The notes under the pieces are model-generated. The model ran no database searches. It was not told the DNA's origin and saw only the letters and a program-made list of their open reading frames with translations. This document shows, piece by piece, positions 52,230-64,000 of a stretch of DNA of 64,000 nt. Numbering within the stretch: position 1 is the stretch's first letter; the number at the start of each line of letters is the position of its first letter. A program made the translations under genes and the position numbers. Origin of the DNA: Felis catus (lineage: Eukaryota); the NCBI RefSeq assembly GCF_018350175.1, contig NC_058368.1:158412001-158476000 (forward strand). Reading direction: 5' to 3'.

Positions 52230-52498
52230 GTAAGTCATAAACTGAGTAACAGCAGACTGTTGTTAAGCCTAAAATGTAACAGGCTAATTATGAACGTTTA
52301 TAAATAGTTACATTGTCAGTCAACCAATATTTATTCCACTTTCCACATTGTCTAGGTCAATAGAAAGCAGCCCCTTCCTTGTTCCTCTGGCACCACACTA
52401 AACTAGGGTGTCACACTGGGTTAGTCACAGTATTCGATATTTGGCCTCCTTCTCTGTGGTTCCCTTCAATGAAAATTCTTTAATGACTTTGTAATTCC

Positions 52499-52687
52499 AT
52501 TTTTTATTATTTATTTTGAGAGAGAGAGAGAGAGAATGAGTCAGGGAGGGGCAGCGAGAAAGGGAGAGAGAGAATCCGCGCTGTCAGTGCAGATCCTGAT
52601 TCAGGGATTGATCTCACAACTGTGAGATCATGACCTGAGCCGAAGCTAAGAGTTGAATGCTCAACTGACTGAGTCACCCAGGCACCT
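52499..52687 (-). mobile_element. CAN-SINE
   Basis: Reverse head; TSD TGACTTT(G/T)TAATTCC. Confidence 0.88.
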
Positions 52688-53794
52688 CTGACTTTTTAAT
52701 TCCTACCATAAATACCTAATAATCTCCGCCCAAGTTTTAGGGTTGAACTCTGCTTGCTCAACTTTATTGTCCAACATGCATTCTCCATTGAGTGAGACAC
52801 ATTTTCTCCCTCATAAGAAGAAATCCTGCTTAATCCCTATGTTATCAAGTCTTTGTTTCTAGTGCCCTTGCTACCTAAACTGCACTTTCTTCTTTCCAAG
52901 AATTCAAATACCATCCGTCTTTTGAGTTCTAGCTGAGATTTTACCTCCTCCTTATAGACTACTCCAGCCCTCATTGCTTTGCCCTTCTCCTAAATACCTA
53001 GAAGTACATTTATGAATCTGTTCCGTAAAGTGACATTCTCTTTTATTAGTTTATAATGGCTTAAACATAATAATGATAATAACAATAATAATAATTGCTT
53101 AAGATCAAGAATTGTATCTATATTTTTTAATGCCATGCACTAGTGATTAATAAAAAGTTGATCACTGATTCAAGAAATCTTGGTGTCTGTCATTGAGATT
53201 CATGTAGTATAATAGGCAAGACAAAAAATTAAACATGCAGTCAACTCAGATGATTCTAATAATTATTAAAGTATTCTTAAATGTTCAACTGTAAGTAAAA
53301 TAATCTTTAATAGAAGTATTGTACTGGCAGAGCTCATGGATACAGGTCGAAAAACCCTAAGCCATTGTAGACAGAAGAGGTCCTCTCTTCCTTATAAACA
53401 CTTATGTCCTGGGGACAGTAATAATACTGTTAAGTATTTGTATAGCACTTAACAGTTTAAAGAGATATTTCAAATACATAATCTCACTTAATATTTTTTA
53501 TGCCCTTATAAAGTCTGGACCCTCATGGTCCAATAATTTATGTGTGTGGTCAAACGAACAAAGTCAAGTCATTAAACATTTTTTCAAAGTAGCTGAAAGC
53601 TTTTACTCACATTTCTTGAAAATTATAAAAGGGACCAAAATACACAGTCCTTACTAGTACCTGTAACAATCCTCTTTATCCATTTGCACCACCTCCTGCT
53701 GATGATCTAGATGCTCTCTCCACAGTTCCTCCTAAACTTCTCAACCAGCCACACATTGCTTTTCTCTCCCATCTTTTTCCTCCTTCCTTTCCTT

Positions 53795-53798
<4 letters not shown>

Positions 53799-53841
<43 letters not shown>

Positions 53842-53852
53842 TGTGTGTGTGT
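53799..53852 (+). repeat. (TG)n microsatellite
   Basis: Read directly. Confidence 0.95.
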
Positions 53853-54437
53853 AGACATAAACCTTGTCTTTTTTCAACAACAAACAATCTCTCTTTGGTG
53901 TGCATAAGGGTGTAGGAGGGTAGGGGGGAGATTAAAGGAGAAATTTGGCCAACAATTTCAGGATTCTTTTACGCCAGCTGTGAATATTTCTATGTTAATT
54001 TTTGTCATATCATGCTTATCAGCCATCTCAGGAAGGTAAGGTAGGCATTCTTATCCCATTTTTACAGGTTGGAAAAGTAATACTAAGGGAGAAATTGGTG
54101 CCAGGTCACATATACACCAAGCAATGATGGAGTCAGTACGTAACATCTGTCTTCCCACTCTAAGTCCAGTATTCATCCTCTCAATTACAACACAGCTTCT
54201 TCCCAGTTATCAGGAACGTCTCGCTGTTAACCTTCCCCTAAATGTCCTCAGTTCTAGTTGACCACTTTCTCATGCCAAATGAAACTGTGGTATGAAACTG
54301 AAAAATTCCTGAAAATATCTTACGTAGCTTTGTGTCACATAACATCAATTCTAAAACATGTCATAGCAACTTGGGAGTTAGAGGCATCTTTTGTTGTTAT
54401 TTTTCATAAAATTGTTTAATGGCATTTGATAGCCTCA

Positions 54438-54439
<2 letters not shown>

Positions 54440-54478
<39 letters not shown>
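54440..54478 (+). repeat. (TG)n microsatellite
   Basis: Read directly. Confidence 0.95.
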
Positions 54479-54479
<1 letters not shown>

Positions 54480-54849
54480 TTTTTCCATTTATAGTTCCTT
54501 TTAAGCACTAACTCCTGGTTATTTAAAGATTGACTGACAAGTTGTTGATTTCCTTGGGTCTCATTTTAATTCGGAATTCAAAATTTATTACACATTCTCT
54601 ATATGCTACTGTGGTAGTCATTGGGAATGCTCAGGTAAGCAAAGGCATTCCCCCTCCTCAGTCAAGGAATTTGTGATATGATAGGAGAAGGTTAATACTA
54701 GACTCAGTTGCCAAAATGCTAAATAGGGGCATGAGTAGCATGCACAATAAAAGAATTAAGTAGGACCTCCCCAGGGGGAAAAGAAGAAATGAAAGAAAAA
54801 TTCAACAAACTGATTCCTTCCTAAAAGTTATTCTATTACATTGTACTTC

Positions 54850-55079
54850 TTTTTTTAGTTAAAATTTTTGTGTTAGTATTTATTTACTTTTGAGAGAGAG
54901 AGAGACAGAGAGTGGACAGAGGAGGGGCAGAGAGAGAAAGAGAGACACAGAATCTGAAGCAGGCTCCAGGCTCCAAGCTGTCAGCACAGAGCCCCACGGG
55001 GGGCTCAAACTCACCGACTGTGAGATCATGACCTGAGCTGAAGTCGGATGCTCAACTGACTGAGCCTCCCAGGCACCCC
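54850..55079 (-). mobile_element. CAN-SINE
   Basis: TSD TACA(T/C)TGTACTTCTTT. Confidence 0.9.
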
Positions 55080-55389
55080 TACACTGTACTTCTTTAGAAA
55101 ACTTAAAATACATATGTATATTTAAAGCTTATGTGTATGTATACATAAACATAAAGTTTACATATAACTTTATGTATACATAAACATAAAGTTTTATATA
55201 TATTTCATTGGCCTAGATAGACATGGTAAGGAACATAGCAATTCATGAAAATTTTTAAAAAAGGCATTTTCACAGTGACCATAGGAAATCTGCAAAAATT
55301 ACTCTTTTTGTTTTCTGTATGTAAGTAACTTTTGTTACTTGGGACTATCAGTACCCACATGACCATGCTCTTTCATTCTTGTTTTATAG

Positions 55390-55455
55390 AGTTGTTTAGG
55401 TAATTTTACATCTGGTGGACTTTATTATTCTGGTTCCAAGATGACAAGCTACACA
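55390..55455 (+). pseudogene. ERAP2: ERAP2 exon 10 (open frame, one codon short)
   Basis: tag|SCLGNFTSGGLYYSGSKMTSYT|gtaagt. Confidence 0.9.
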
Positions 55456-56435
55456 GTAAGTATATAGAAGCTTACAGAGTAGAAGAGACCTGCATCACAT
55501 GACCCGAAGTGAGTGTGTGGAGTAGCCCACCTGTCCCTTTAAATAACTGGAAAGGAAGAGAGACTCCACAATTTTCCTTGAAACAAAGCTGACTGAAAAA
55601 ATAATGTTCAGGCCATTTAGGGGGATGATGCTATTACTACTCTATTTTTGTTGTTATAATTCAGCTTTCCCACAACCCCACTGCTAGCTAAAAATATCTC
55701 AGCTCAGAATTCCTCTGCGTGGTTAGTGCCACATTGGCATCCTCTAGGCTCAGAAAAATGCCAAACCAAATATGTTAGGTTTGGAAATATAGTCAGCAGT
55801 TTTCTTGAGGCTCTTTTTGTTTACTTCTGGGAAGTTATTGGAACACTGTAGTAGAGCAGAAAGAAAAGTAACCATGAAAAAAAAAGGAGAACTCTTTTTT
55901 AAATGAGTCATGGTAATCCCATAAATTGTAGTTTTTAAAGGAGGATTCAGCATAATCCAGGGATCAGAAATCCTTATGAGAAGCTAGGAAACTGGAGGTT
56001 TTGTTCTCCATTCAATAGATATCTATTTTTGTAGTATTGTTCTTTTGGAATATTTAAAGCTCCCCTAAAGATAGACATTTCTTTCCTAAACATCCCCATT
56101 GTACCGTTATTAAAATGGAGAGGTGGGGTTTTTTTCTGTTATTGTTTTTTTTTTCGGGGTGGGGGGTTGAAATGGAGCAGGAGAGAGGCTCCAGTTTCAA
56201 GTTCCTGTGGGACTTTGCTACCAGATGTCAACCTTCTCCCACATATCTATCTCCTTCAGTTCACTTGCAGAGAGCAGGCCTGGGGTAGGCAGCCCTGATC
56301 CAGTTCCCGCCGTGAGACTGCAGCCTGAGATCTCCCCTCCTCCTCCATAAGCCTTGTTTCTGGCAGCCAAGGAGATCTGCATTTCTGATCTCTTTGGTTT
56401 CTCTCCTCCATTACCAAAGTCACTTGTCATTTCAG

Positions 56436-56610
56436 CTTGCCTTTCTGGGGGAAGATGTGGAGGTCAAGGAGATGATGACTACGTGGACTCTGCAGAGAGG
56501 AATTCCCCTCATTGTGATTGGACAAAAAGGACGTTCACTCAGGCTCCAATAGATAGGTTTTCTGAGCAGGGTTTTCAAAGATGACCCAGAATGGAGGGCC
56601 CAGCAGAAAG
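56436..56610 (+). pseudogene. ERAP2: ERAP2 exon 11 (TAG 56550, -1 near the end)
   Basis: cag|[58 protein letters not shown]|gt; 175 nt. Confidence 0.95.
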
Positions 56611-58769
56611 GTGTCTGCTTTTCTTCTAGTGGTCTAGTTCACCTCCTCTCAGTTTGCTCCTTGTTTCATTAGCTTTCTTTCAGTTTCTGTGGCAACTTTG
56701 TGGATGCTATTTCTACCCCAGAGTCAGAGGCCTGGACTAACCTTGATAACAGATTTAAAGAGCTTGGGGTGTGACCCAGTCTGTGTTGTTGTGCAGCTGT
56801 GTTCCTAGTAATTCTGCAGCAGCCACTCAGTTCTGATGCAGAGGGTGGTCAGTTATATTTGTTATAATATGTCTTACTCTTTCAGTACTAGATTTCTGGG
56901 GCCTGATCATTTGGTGACTAGCCCAAACCTAGGAAGTGTGAGGACAGCTATACATCTCCTCAGAAGAGGAAATATGTTCCCTATGCAATGAATTAGATTC
57001 CTGTGAATCTTGTGAATTAAACCTCCTGTGGCCTTTTGTTTTTTGGTAATTGACTATAAACAGGATGTCTTAAAACATGATGTTCTCGGTAATAATGAAA
57101 GTAAATTCAATTAACCATACTATCATCTTGCTCACCAGCCAATCTTGAGAAACCTTGGTAAAGGCTTTACTAGAATCAAGAAATACAACACTGGCCACAT
57201 TTCTCTGATCTATTAGTTCTATCCTTAAGATGAATGAGGTTAATTTTAAATGAAATAATATAAGTGGCTCTGTACTGGCTCTTATGATTGTTCTTCTTTC
57301 TAAGGATGTATTTGTCTAATAACAATTCTAGAATTTTTCTCAGAATCAGAAGCAAATTCAATATGTTTAACACATAGAATATAATGTTTTTCCTTTTGTT
57401 TTGTCTGTTGCCAGTTTCCAATGCAACAGCAACTTTTATGTCACTTCTCTATGTATACATCATTTCATTTTTCTATATGTCCTTCTGAAGTCTGAACCTC
57501 AGAGAGCTTAAACAATTTATAGCTTGACAACACAGCCTGCGAAATTTAATGTTTGATTCATTATTGGGAAAGCAGGATTCACACTCCTGTAACTTATCAA
57601 AATGTCACGAGAGACTTCAATAATGCGGATGGCCCAGAATAACAAATATCTACAACAATGATCTGTATTTTTCCTCCATTTGAGGCAGTATTCAGATTAC
57701 TCTTATAAAATTATTACCCTCCAATTCATGCCTATCCAAACTCATGAAATGCTACTCTCCTCTTTTTCACTCCCAGATAGTTTTATCTGAAAAAACTCCC
57801 TTTCCTTCTGGAGCCAAGATCAATCCAGATCATTCTATTAAGGCTTGGCAATATCTGTGTGTCTACTTTTACTTTTTTGTGTAAATTTTTGTATTGCTTT
57901 GTTAATTATTGGTACTTTGTGGGTTAGCAGGTAGATTATCCCTTCTGATCCTTTACTAGATAAAGTCTGTGTATGTCATTTGTTTCTTTGTTTTATATTT
58001 TTCTGAAGATTAATAGGCACATCTTCAATTATTCTTCTTGTTTTATACCTGTCAATATTTCCAAGCACAAGATTTTACATGTGCAAGAATACTATAGCTA
58101 ACTAATATGGCCTGATGTGATAGAGGAAATGAATTTTAAAACTTGCTAGAAAGCCAGAAAAAAATAGCTGATTTCTGTTATTTGCCGTAGCGGGACCATT
58201 TAAAGTAACTGAGGCTTTTTCTTCTAATCCATTCTGTTTTTCTGTCCTTCGGAGCTGGCTAATCAGCAGATCCTAGATTGTGGCATTGCTGACCACGAAC
58301 AGTCACTTGGCAGTGGAGGAGTTGGGTGTGGGTAGCTCTGTTGAACAAAAGGATATGGGAATCATACAAAGTCAGATCTTTATCTCTTAGGCTTTTCCTG
58401 AAGCTTTTCTTCAGTTATTTGAATTAATAACAGGCTGTCAGAGTTTTTGGAAATGTGAAGGAAGATTGGATTTTTTTTTCTCTTCCTTAGAAGTAAGCAG
58501 TCAACAGAACTTATGATATGAGATTTGGATAGCAAATAGCACAAGTAAATGTGACAGAGCTCAACTAGGTGTATATTGCTGCACCTTTATAATCATATGG
58601 AAGAATTTTTACATACCCAAGGATCCACAAGTCTTAGCCTATAAAATTTATAAGGCTACTGATAGTGTGAAAGATGGGCCATTAGCTGACTTTTACAGCC
58701 AATCTGAGTCTGACAATGTGAAAATTAAAATGGCCATTCGTTTAGTCTGTAACAGTCTTTATTTTCTAG

Positions 58770-58848
58770 GTATCTTTGGCATATTCCATTGACCTACTCC
58801 ACAATTCCTCTAATGCGATTCATGGACACATTCTAAAATCAAGGACAG
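58770..58848 (+). pseudogene. ERAP2: ERAP2 exon 12 (-1 frameshift)
   Basis: tag|YLWHIPLTYST/SSNAIHGHILKSRT G|gtaatg; 79 nt. Confidence 0.93.
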
Positions 58849-59379
58849 GTAATGAACTAATTAGCCAAATAGGTGTTTCCGTTCTGAAATTAAACATGTT
58901 CTCAGCTATTTGGAGGAAAGATACTGTAAGTAAATCTAATAATAAAAGATATATGTTTGGAGAAATTTTCATTTATACATATAAGTTGCTAAAAGAACTC
59001 TTTAGCTAGAAAGTTTGAATTTTCTATTCAGTGGGAATTCTTCTTATACTTTTAGCATTTAGAGATAAGTTTGTATTTATATCAAGAAATAATGGCTTTC
59101 TATCTGATATCTCTTAGTAGCTACTAATTAAGCTCTTATGCCACAACACAAAAATATGTATGAAAACAAAGCATGCACTTTAGAACAAATTGGCCCTGGA
59201 TTCAAATCCTCACTCTGTCACTTATTAGATGTGTGACCTTCAAAAAATTTCTTTACTCGTTCTGAGCTTCAATTTTCTCATCTTATTTTGAACGAGGACC
59301 AGGTCCCACAAAACTATTGAGAGAATATGATAATGTTATTTCACCATGTAGTATAATGTCTGTCATATTAAAAATACAT

Positions 59380-59595
59380 AATAAAAAATTTTTAAGTTTA
59401 TTTATGTTGAGAAAGAGAGAGTGTACATGCTCAGGCAAGTTGGGGAGGGCAGAGAGAGTGAGAAAGAATCCCAAGCAGGCTCTGCACTGTCAACACAGAC
59501 CCTGATGTGGGGCTTGAACCCACTAACCGCAAAATCGTGACCTGAGCTGAAATCAAGAGTTAGGTGCTCAACTAACTGGGCCATGCAGGTGCCCC
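59380..59595 (-). mobile_element. CAN-SINE
   Basis: Reverse head. Confidence 0.85.
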
Positions 59596-60081
59596 GTAAC
59601 ATAATTTTAATTTCTCTTTTGAACACCTTACTGAAATGTGAGAGGGTTTCCTTCGTTATGTCATGTTCAACCTGGAATCCTTATTTCACCCAAAATAAAG
59701 ACTGGACAAATGGACCACCTATTTACATGTACACATTTCAATGACCGATAACTAAACCCTGAGACAAGGCCACAAATAAATCAAGTCAAATTCCAATCAT
59801 GTTTATCATATAGTTAACTGGGCCTCTTAGACCTGCATAGACTGCTTTTGAGAACAAATTTAGCAGTCCTTTTCCTATGAATGAACTTATTTATTAATTT
59901 AATAAGACTATAATTCACACACGCACAAAACCATCCAGTAGACTATGAAAATGAACATCACCATGACTTTTCCAAAACTTTGTCTTCCCACTGATTAATT
60001 AGTAATAGCATGAGAAGTAACAATTTTGCAGATGTTCCTGGTATGTATGTTGATAATAAAATGGCTAATGCCAATTTCCTC

Positions 60082-60267
60082 CTCTGGATTTATCTGAAAC
60101 TACCAGTTAGGTGAAATTCAGTGTGGACTCAAATGGCTACTACATTGTTCACTATGAGGGGCATGGATGGGACCAACTCATGGGACCAACTCTAACCTGC
60201 ATCAGAACCACACGCTTCGCAAACCTAAGGACAGAGTAGGTCTGATTCATGATGCATTTCAGCTGGT
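60082..60267 (+). pseudogene. ERAP2: ERAP2 exon 13 (acceptor lost, TAG 60108, 13-bp duplication)
   Basis: [31 protein letters not shown](dup)..[22 protein letters not shown]. Confidence 0.93.
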
Positions 60268-60379
60268 AAATTTCAGCAAAATTTCATATGATTTCATAGC
60301 AAGTAACTGATTCATAATCAAATATGCTAGATTTCAAAATCAAATATTCAGTGTTGGTCATTCATATGAGATAGATCTG

Positions 60380-60930
60380 AAGGTCAAATACTTGGCCGAA
60401 GCCTACCTACTGATAAGGTGTTTTGACCCATACAGTGTTTAAAAATATAATACAACATTTTATTTATTGATTGATTGATTTATTTATTTTTAAATTTTTT
60501 TAATGTTTGTTTTTGAGAGAGACAGAGAGAGGAGCAGAGAGAGACAGAGACACAGAATCTGAAGTGGGCTCCAGGCTCTGAGCTGTCAGCACAGAGCCCG
60601 ATGCAGGGCTTGAACTTATGAGCTGTGAGATCATAACCTGAGCTAAAATCTGACGCTTAACCAACTGACCCACCCAGATGCCCCTAATCCAACATTTTAA
60701 AATGTGGGGAAATTTACATACAAATCCTGACTTCTGAAGTCTCTTTTATAAGTGAAAAGATTTGGTAACTGTGGACCTTCATTCCTACAAAGAGGAAGGT
60801 GCAGTGGACACATCCTTCCTGAAGCCAGGCCTTCACTGTCCCATGCACCAAGGTCCCAAACTGTACACAAGTGACCTGCTTCACTCACTTAGGGTGGACC
60901 CTCTAAGCATTTAAGCTTTTGACTCTAGAT
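60380..60930. mobile_element. MER102/Charlie-like DNA transposon remnant with a nested SINE
   Basis: atttacatacaaatcctgacttctg..gatttggtaactgtgg motif; boundaries approximate. Confidence 0.55.
60458..60684 (-). mobile_element. CAN-SINE
   Basis: TSD TAAT(A/C)CAACATTTT. Confidence 0.9.
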
Positions 60931-63900
60931 TTAAAATTTGTTTATGTGAGTAGCTTGCTGTTTCACAAAATACCTATGTAATCTGTTGAACAAAAAGTAT
61001 AATATAGTCTTTACTTTTATGATTTTAAAAGTTAAATCTAGTACAAATCCATTCATCACTTCGCACATTGAAGAAATCAATATGAAATTGAAAGGGAAGT
61101 GAAGGAGGAATTGGCTACTTGTGTTTATTCCTCTTCAGACTTTCCTGGAAAGACAAAGTATTTTCTTTCTTTTCTCATTTATCATCAGCAGAATAATACA
61201 TAGAATAAACCAGGTCATAAAACCACCAATGGGGAAAAAATTTGGAGTATTGTGCATTGTAAGCTTTCCTGTTCTGAGAATTACTATACTCAGTTTATTC
61301 AGTGTGACATATTATTTCCTTTCAGATGTTTATTTAGGTCAAAGTGAGTGAGAGTAACCAGCAGGATACCTCTCAGGAGAAGCTTCTCCATACAACAGAA
61401 TTTCTAGTTAGGAGAAACAGAGAGACTGAGAGCTTAATCCTCAGTCCTACAGGTTTTAGGAACATAGTGGTAGCAGGGCACATTGGAGGCCAGGATTGAG
61501 AAAAACACCATTCCACATCTAAGCAGATACAGGGTAGACTAGATGAGAAGTAGGCTATGATTCACTGAAGGAGGTTTGTCTGCTCAAAGGAGAAACTCTG
61601 ACTAGATGGCAGAGTAGATTAAAAATTTAAGAATAGGAAGACTGAAGAATATCGATAGTTTAGTCAATGAAAGCCAATTTTTCAAGTAATTGCCAAGTCT
61701 TCTTTGCTGTTTCTAGCCTATACATGTATGCGTTGTCTAAATTTAGCAGAAGGAACCCTACAGTTATTAATGCATCAGTGGAAAAACAATAATAAGATTT
61801 GGGTGACAGATTAATGAAGTTAATTAAGAGTACAAATTTTGGGTTAAAATGGATGGGTTCAAGTACTACCTCTTTAATTATTGTTTGACCTTAGGCAAAT
61901 TATCTAAACTTTTTAAGACTACGTTTTTTAGTTTTTAAAACTTCTCTAGTATTTAAAATTCCAATTGTAAGTAATAATATCTAATAGATAGTGTTGTTTT
62001 AAGGATTGCATAAAATAACGCCAATAAAGCACAAAACGCAGTACCTGCTGAGTAACTGTTAATGTTAGCAATATTAGTATTATCAAATGTAAATTGTTTC
62101 AAAGATCATTTGTTGAATAAGAAGAAGTGAGAACACAGAAATGCATTGCAAATAATGCAAAGGTGGAAAACAGCAGAATGTAAATTTATGTATTATTATG
62201 TTTGCAACTACATAGAAAAAGTAGTAGCTAAAAAGTGGGGGGAGGGGGAAGGAAATATTCCAAAGTGCTATTAGTGAATGTGTAGGGTCCTGAAACTATG
62301 AGTCTTGTTCCTCTCCTCTCTAACTTACAACTGTCTCATAATTTTCTTATATTAATTTTATAATAAAATTAATTCAATACAGAAGCAATTTAAAACTCTC
62401 ATAATATTTTTACTTGCAAAAAATATTTTTACTTACTGCCTTCCCTCAGTAATATTTATCTTGTTCTTGTCTGCTTTATCAAATACATATTTAAGAGTTA
62501 AAAGAAGTAATCAATGATCATATTTAGTTTGAAGACAGAATTTGACCAAAGAATGGATATTTGTTTTAATTGTTTTTTTACACTTACTAAATATAATTTA
62601 ACACTTGGATCTCATCTGAGTTGACTGGGATTAAAATGACAACTTTAATTTCCTTACCGAAAAACTATTTTTTTCTTTTAGTCCCACACGATAAAAAGAA
62701 GACCCAAATTGTTTCCTTGGGAATTTGGTTTTATTTCACAAATGTACCACTTAACTAAAACTGTATATTAATAAGTATATAACTGTATACTAACAAAATA
62801 TAGATTTCTCCTGTTGGGTTAAAGTATACACTTATATGTGTGTTTAGTTTTTAAGTTGAACATTCAGATAACATTTTGTGCAATGATTGGTGGTGAGGAG
62901 CTGGATTTTTATTAAACAATAATTATATAAGAAGAAAAGAAGCCCTCTTAATGAATATTAAGGTTAATTTTTTAAGAAGTAGGTATGTATAAAAGTAAAT
63001 AATGGTGTTTGTTTTAGTAAGAAACAAATTACGCTGTGCCAAACAGGAACAACAGGATTAATATGAAGTAATTTTTGTGTTCAGTATTCTTTATTAAATT
63101 GTGACCCTGGAATATTAGACCTAGTTTCCCTGTTGCTGATCCTCTAAGGTATCAGCTGCACCATACATTATGATATTACACACATAGGAAGAAATACTGA
63201 CATTTGATAGATGTGTGTTTTTAAAAATATAGCAAACCATAGGATCATAGTTCATATGGTCCAGCCCTCTGTCTTCGGCAAAAATTTTGAAAATTTTTCC
63301 ATAAGTCTGTTTTAAAGCAGGAAATCATTGAGATTAAGAAGAGTCAAGTCACAACAAAAGTTGGTTCTTTTTCATTTCCCTTCTTTCTAGTTTCAATTCC
63401 CTCTTTTTAGATAAGAATTAAAAAATTTAAAAACCCCAAAGAGGTAAGGCATTATGTTAATGAAAAATTCAACAGAGACATTCTTCGTTCTGGAATCTGT
63501 TTCCATATCAAGCTATTATGCTTAATCTGGGAGTCTGATGCTGACATGAATAGTTTACAGACCATGTGCAGACACAATCCTCTCAGAAACACATGCGAGA
63601 ATCACTTTGCAAAAATGACGATACGTTGGTTTATTTCCTCTATGGCAGAGACCCTAATGTTTTGATATTCACAATAGCAGTTTTGTTGTTTGTTCTTCTC
63701 ATTAAAGAAAAATGCAGAGAAGGCATATAACTGGCTGGAAATCCCTTGTTCCTTGTCATCACCATCCCAAGAGGATGTGAGCAAAATATTCCTCTTAAAT
63801 GTGATTTTATCTTTTTTCGATTGATATTCCCTCCTCAGATGGGAAATTAAATCATATTTTTAAAGGAGAAACACTGTTTAAATATGGTAGGTGGGGCCCA

Positions 63901-64000
63901 GAAAGAGAGAAGGAAAGTACAAAGATAAATAGTTCTGTGTTTGGGGAAGATTCATGCAGACAGTTTAGAGTTGACCCCGTTTGGTGGGTAGGAGCTGTGT

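Larger units (their letters stand above)
29110..60267 (+). pseudogene. ERAP2: ERAP2 unitary (intron-containing) pseudogene, exons 1-13; later exons probably lie beyond the window
   Basis: Twelve collinear coding-exon remnants translate to ERAP2-specific sequence (xAKSCRKLIFNIY.., [68 protein letters not shown]). Most have AG/GT flanks; many stops and frameshifts. Confidence 0.96.

Noticed and set aside
31765..60267. ERAP1 or LNPEP identity, or a functional CDS
   Set aside because: The N-terminus, exon 10 loop and exon sizes match ERAP2 as recalled, and multiple independent lesions exclude a full-length protein.
60268..64000. Deletion of ERAP2 exons 14 onward
   Set aside because: No exon 14 is visible, but intron 13 may simply extend past the window end.
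1..64000. CRISPR arrays, tRNA or rRNA genes
   Set aside because: Mammalian DNA with none seen; the tRNA-like A/B boxes belong to CAN-SINE heads.

Overview
Mammalian genomic DNA, almost certainly from a felid, judging by the Felis-type CAN-SINEs and carnivore L1s. The right half (~29.1-60.3 kb, + strand) holds exons 1-13 of ERAP2 (ER aminopeptidase 2) as an intron-containing pseudogene. Its lesions include an ATG->ACG start, about ten in-frame stops, several frameshifts, two damaged splice acceptors and two L1s inserted into exon 3. A promoter with an IRF element is still recognisable. The left half (~6-27 kb) looks intergenic. On the - strand, however, it carries about 20 short segments flanked by good splice signals, many of them phase-compatible. 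Read together they give a decayed type-I membrane protein: a signal-like exon, cadherin-like repeats, SEA-like/Cys-rich units and a transmembrane exon. I interpret this as a second, apparently unrecognised fossil gene lying head-to-head with ERAP2; it is the most novel signal here. The rest is L1, CAN-SINE, LTR, DNA-transposon and microsatellite sequence plus a truncated U2 retrocopy. Comparisons with ERAP2 proteins are from memory, domain calls are by eye, and no searches were run.
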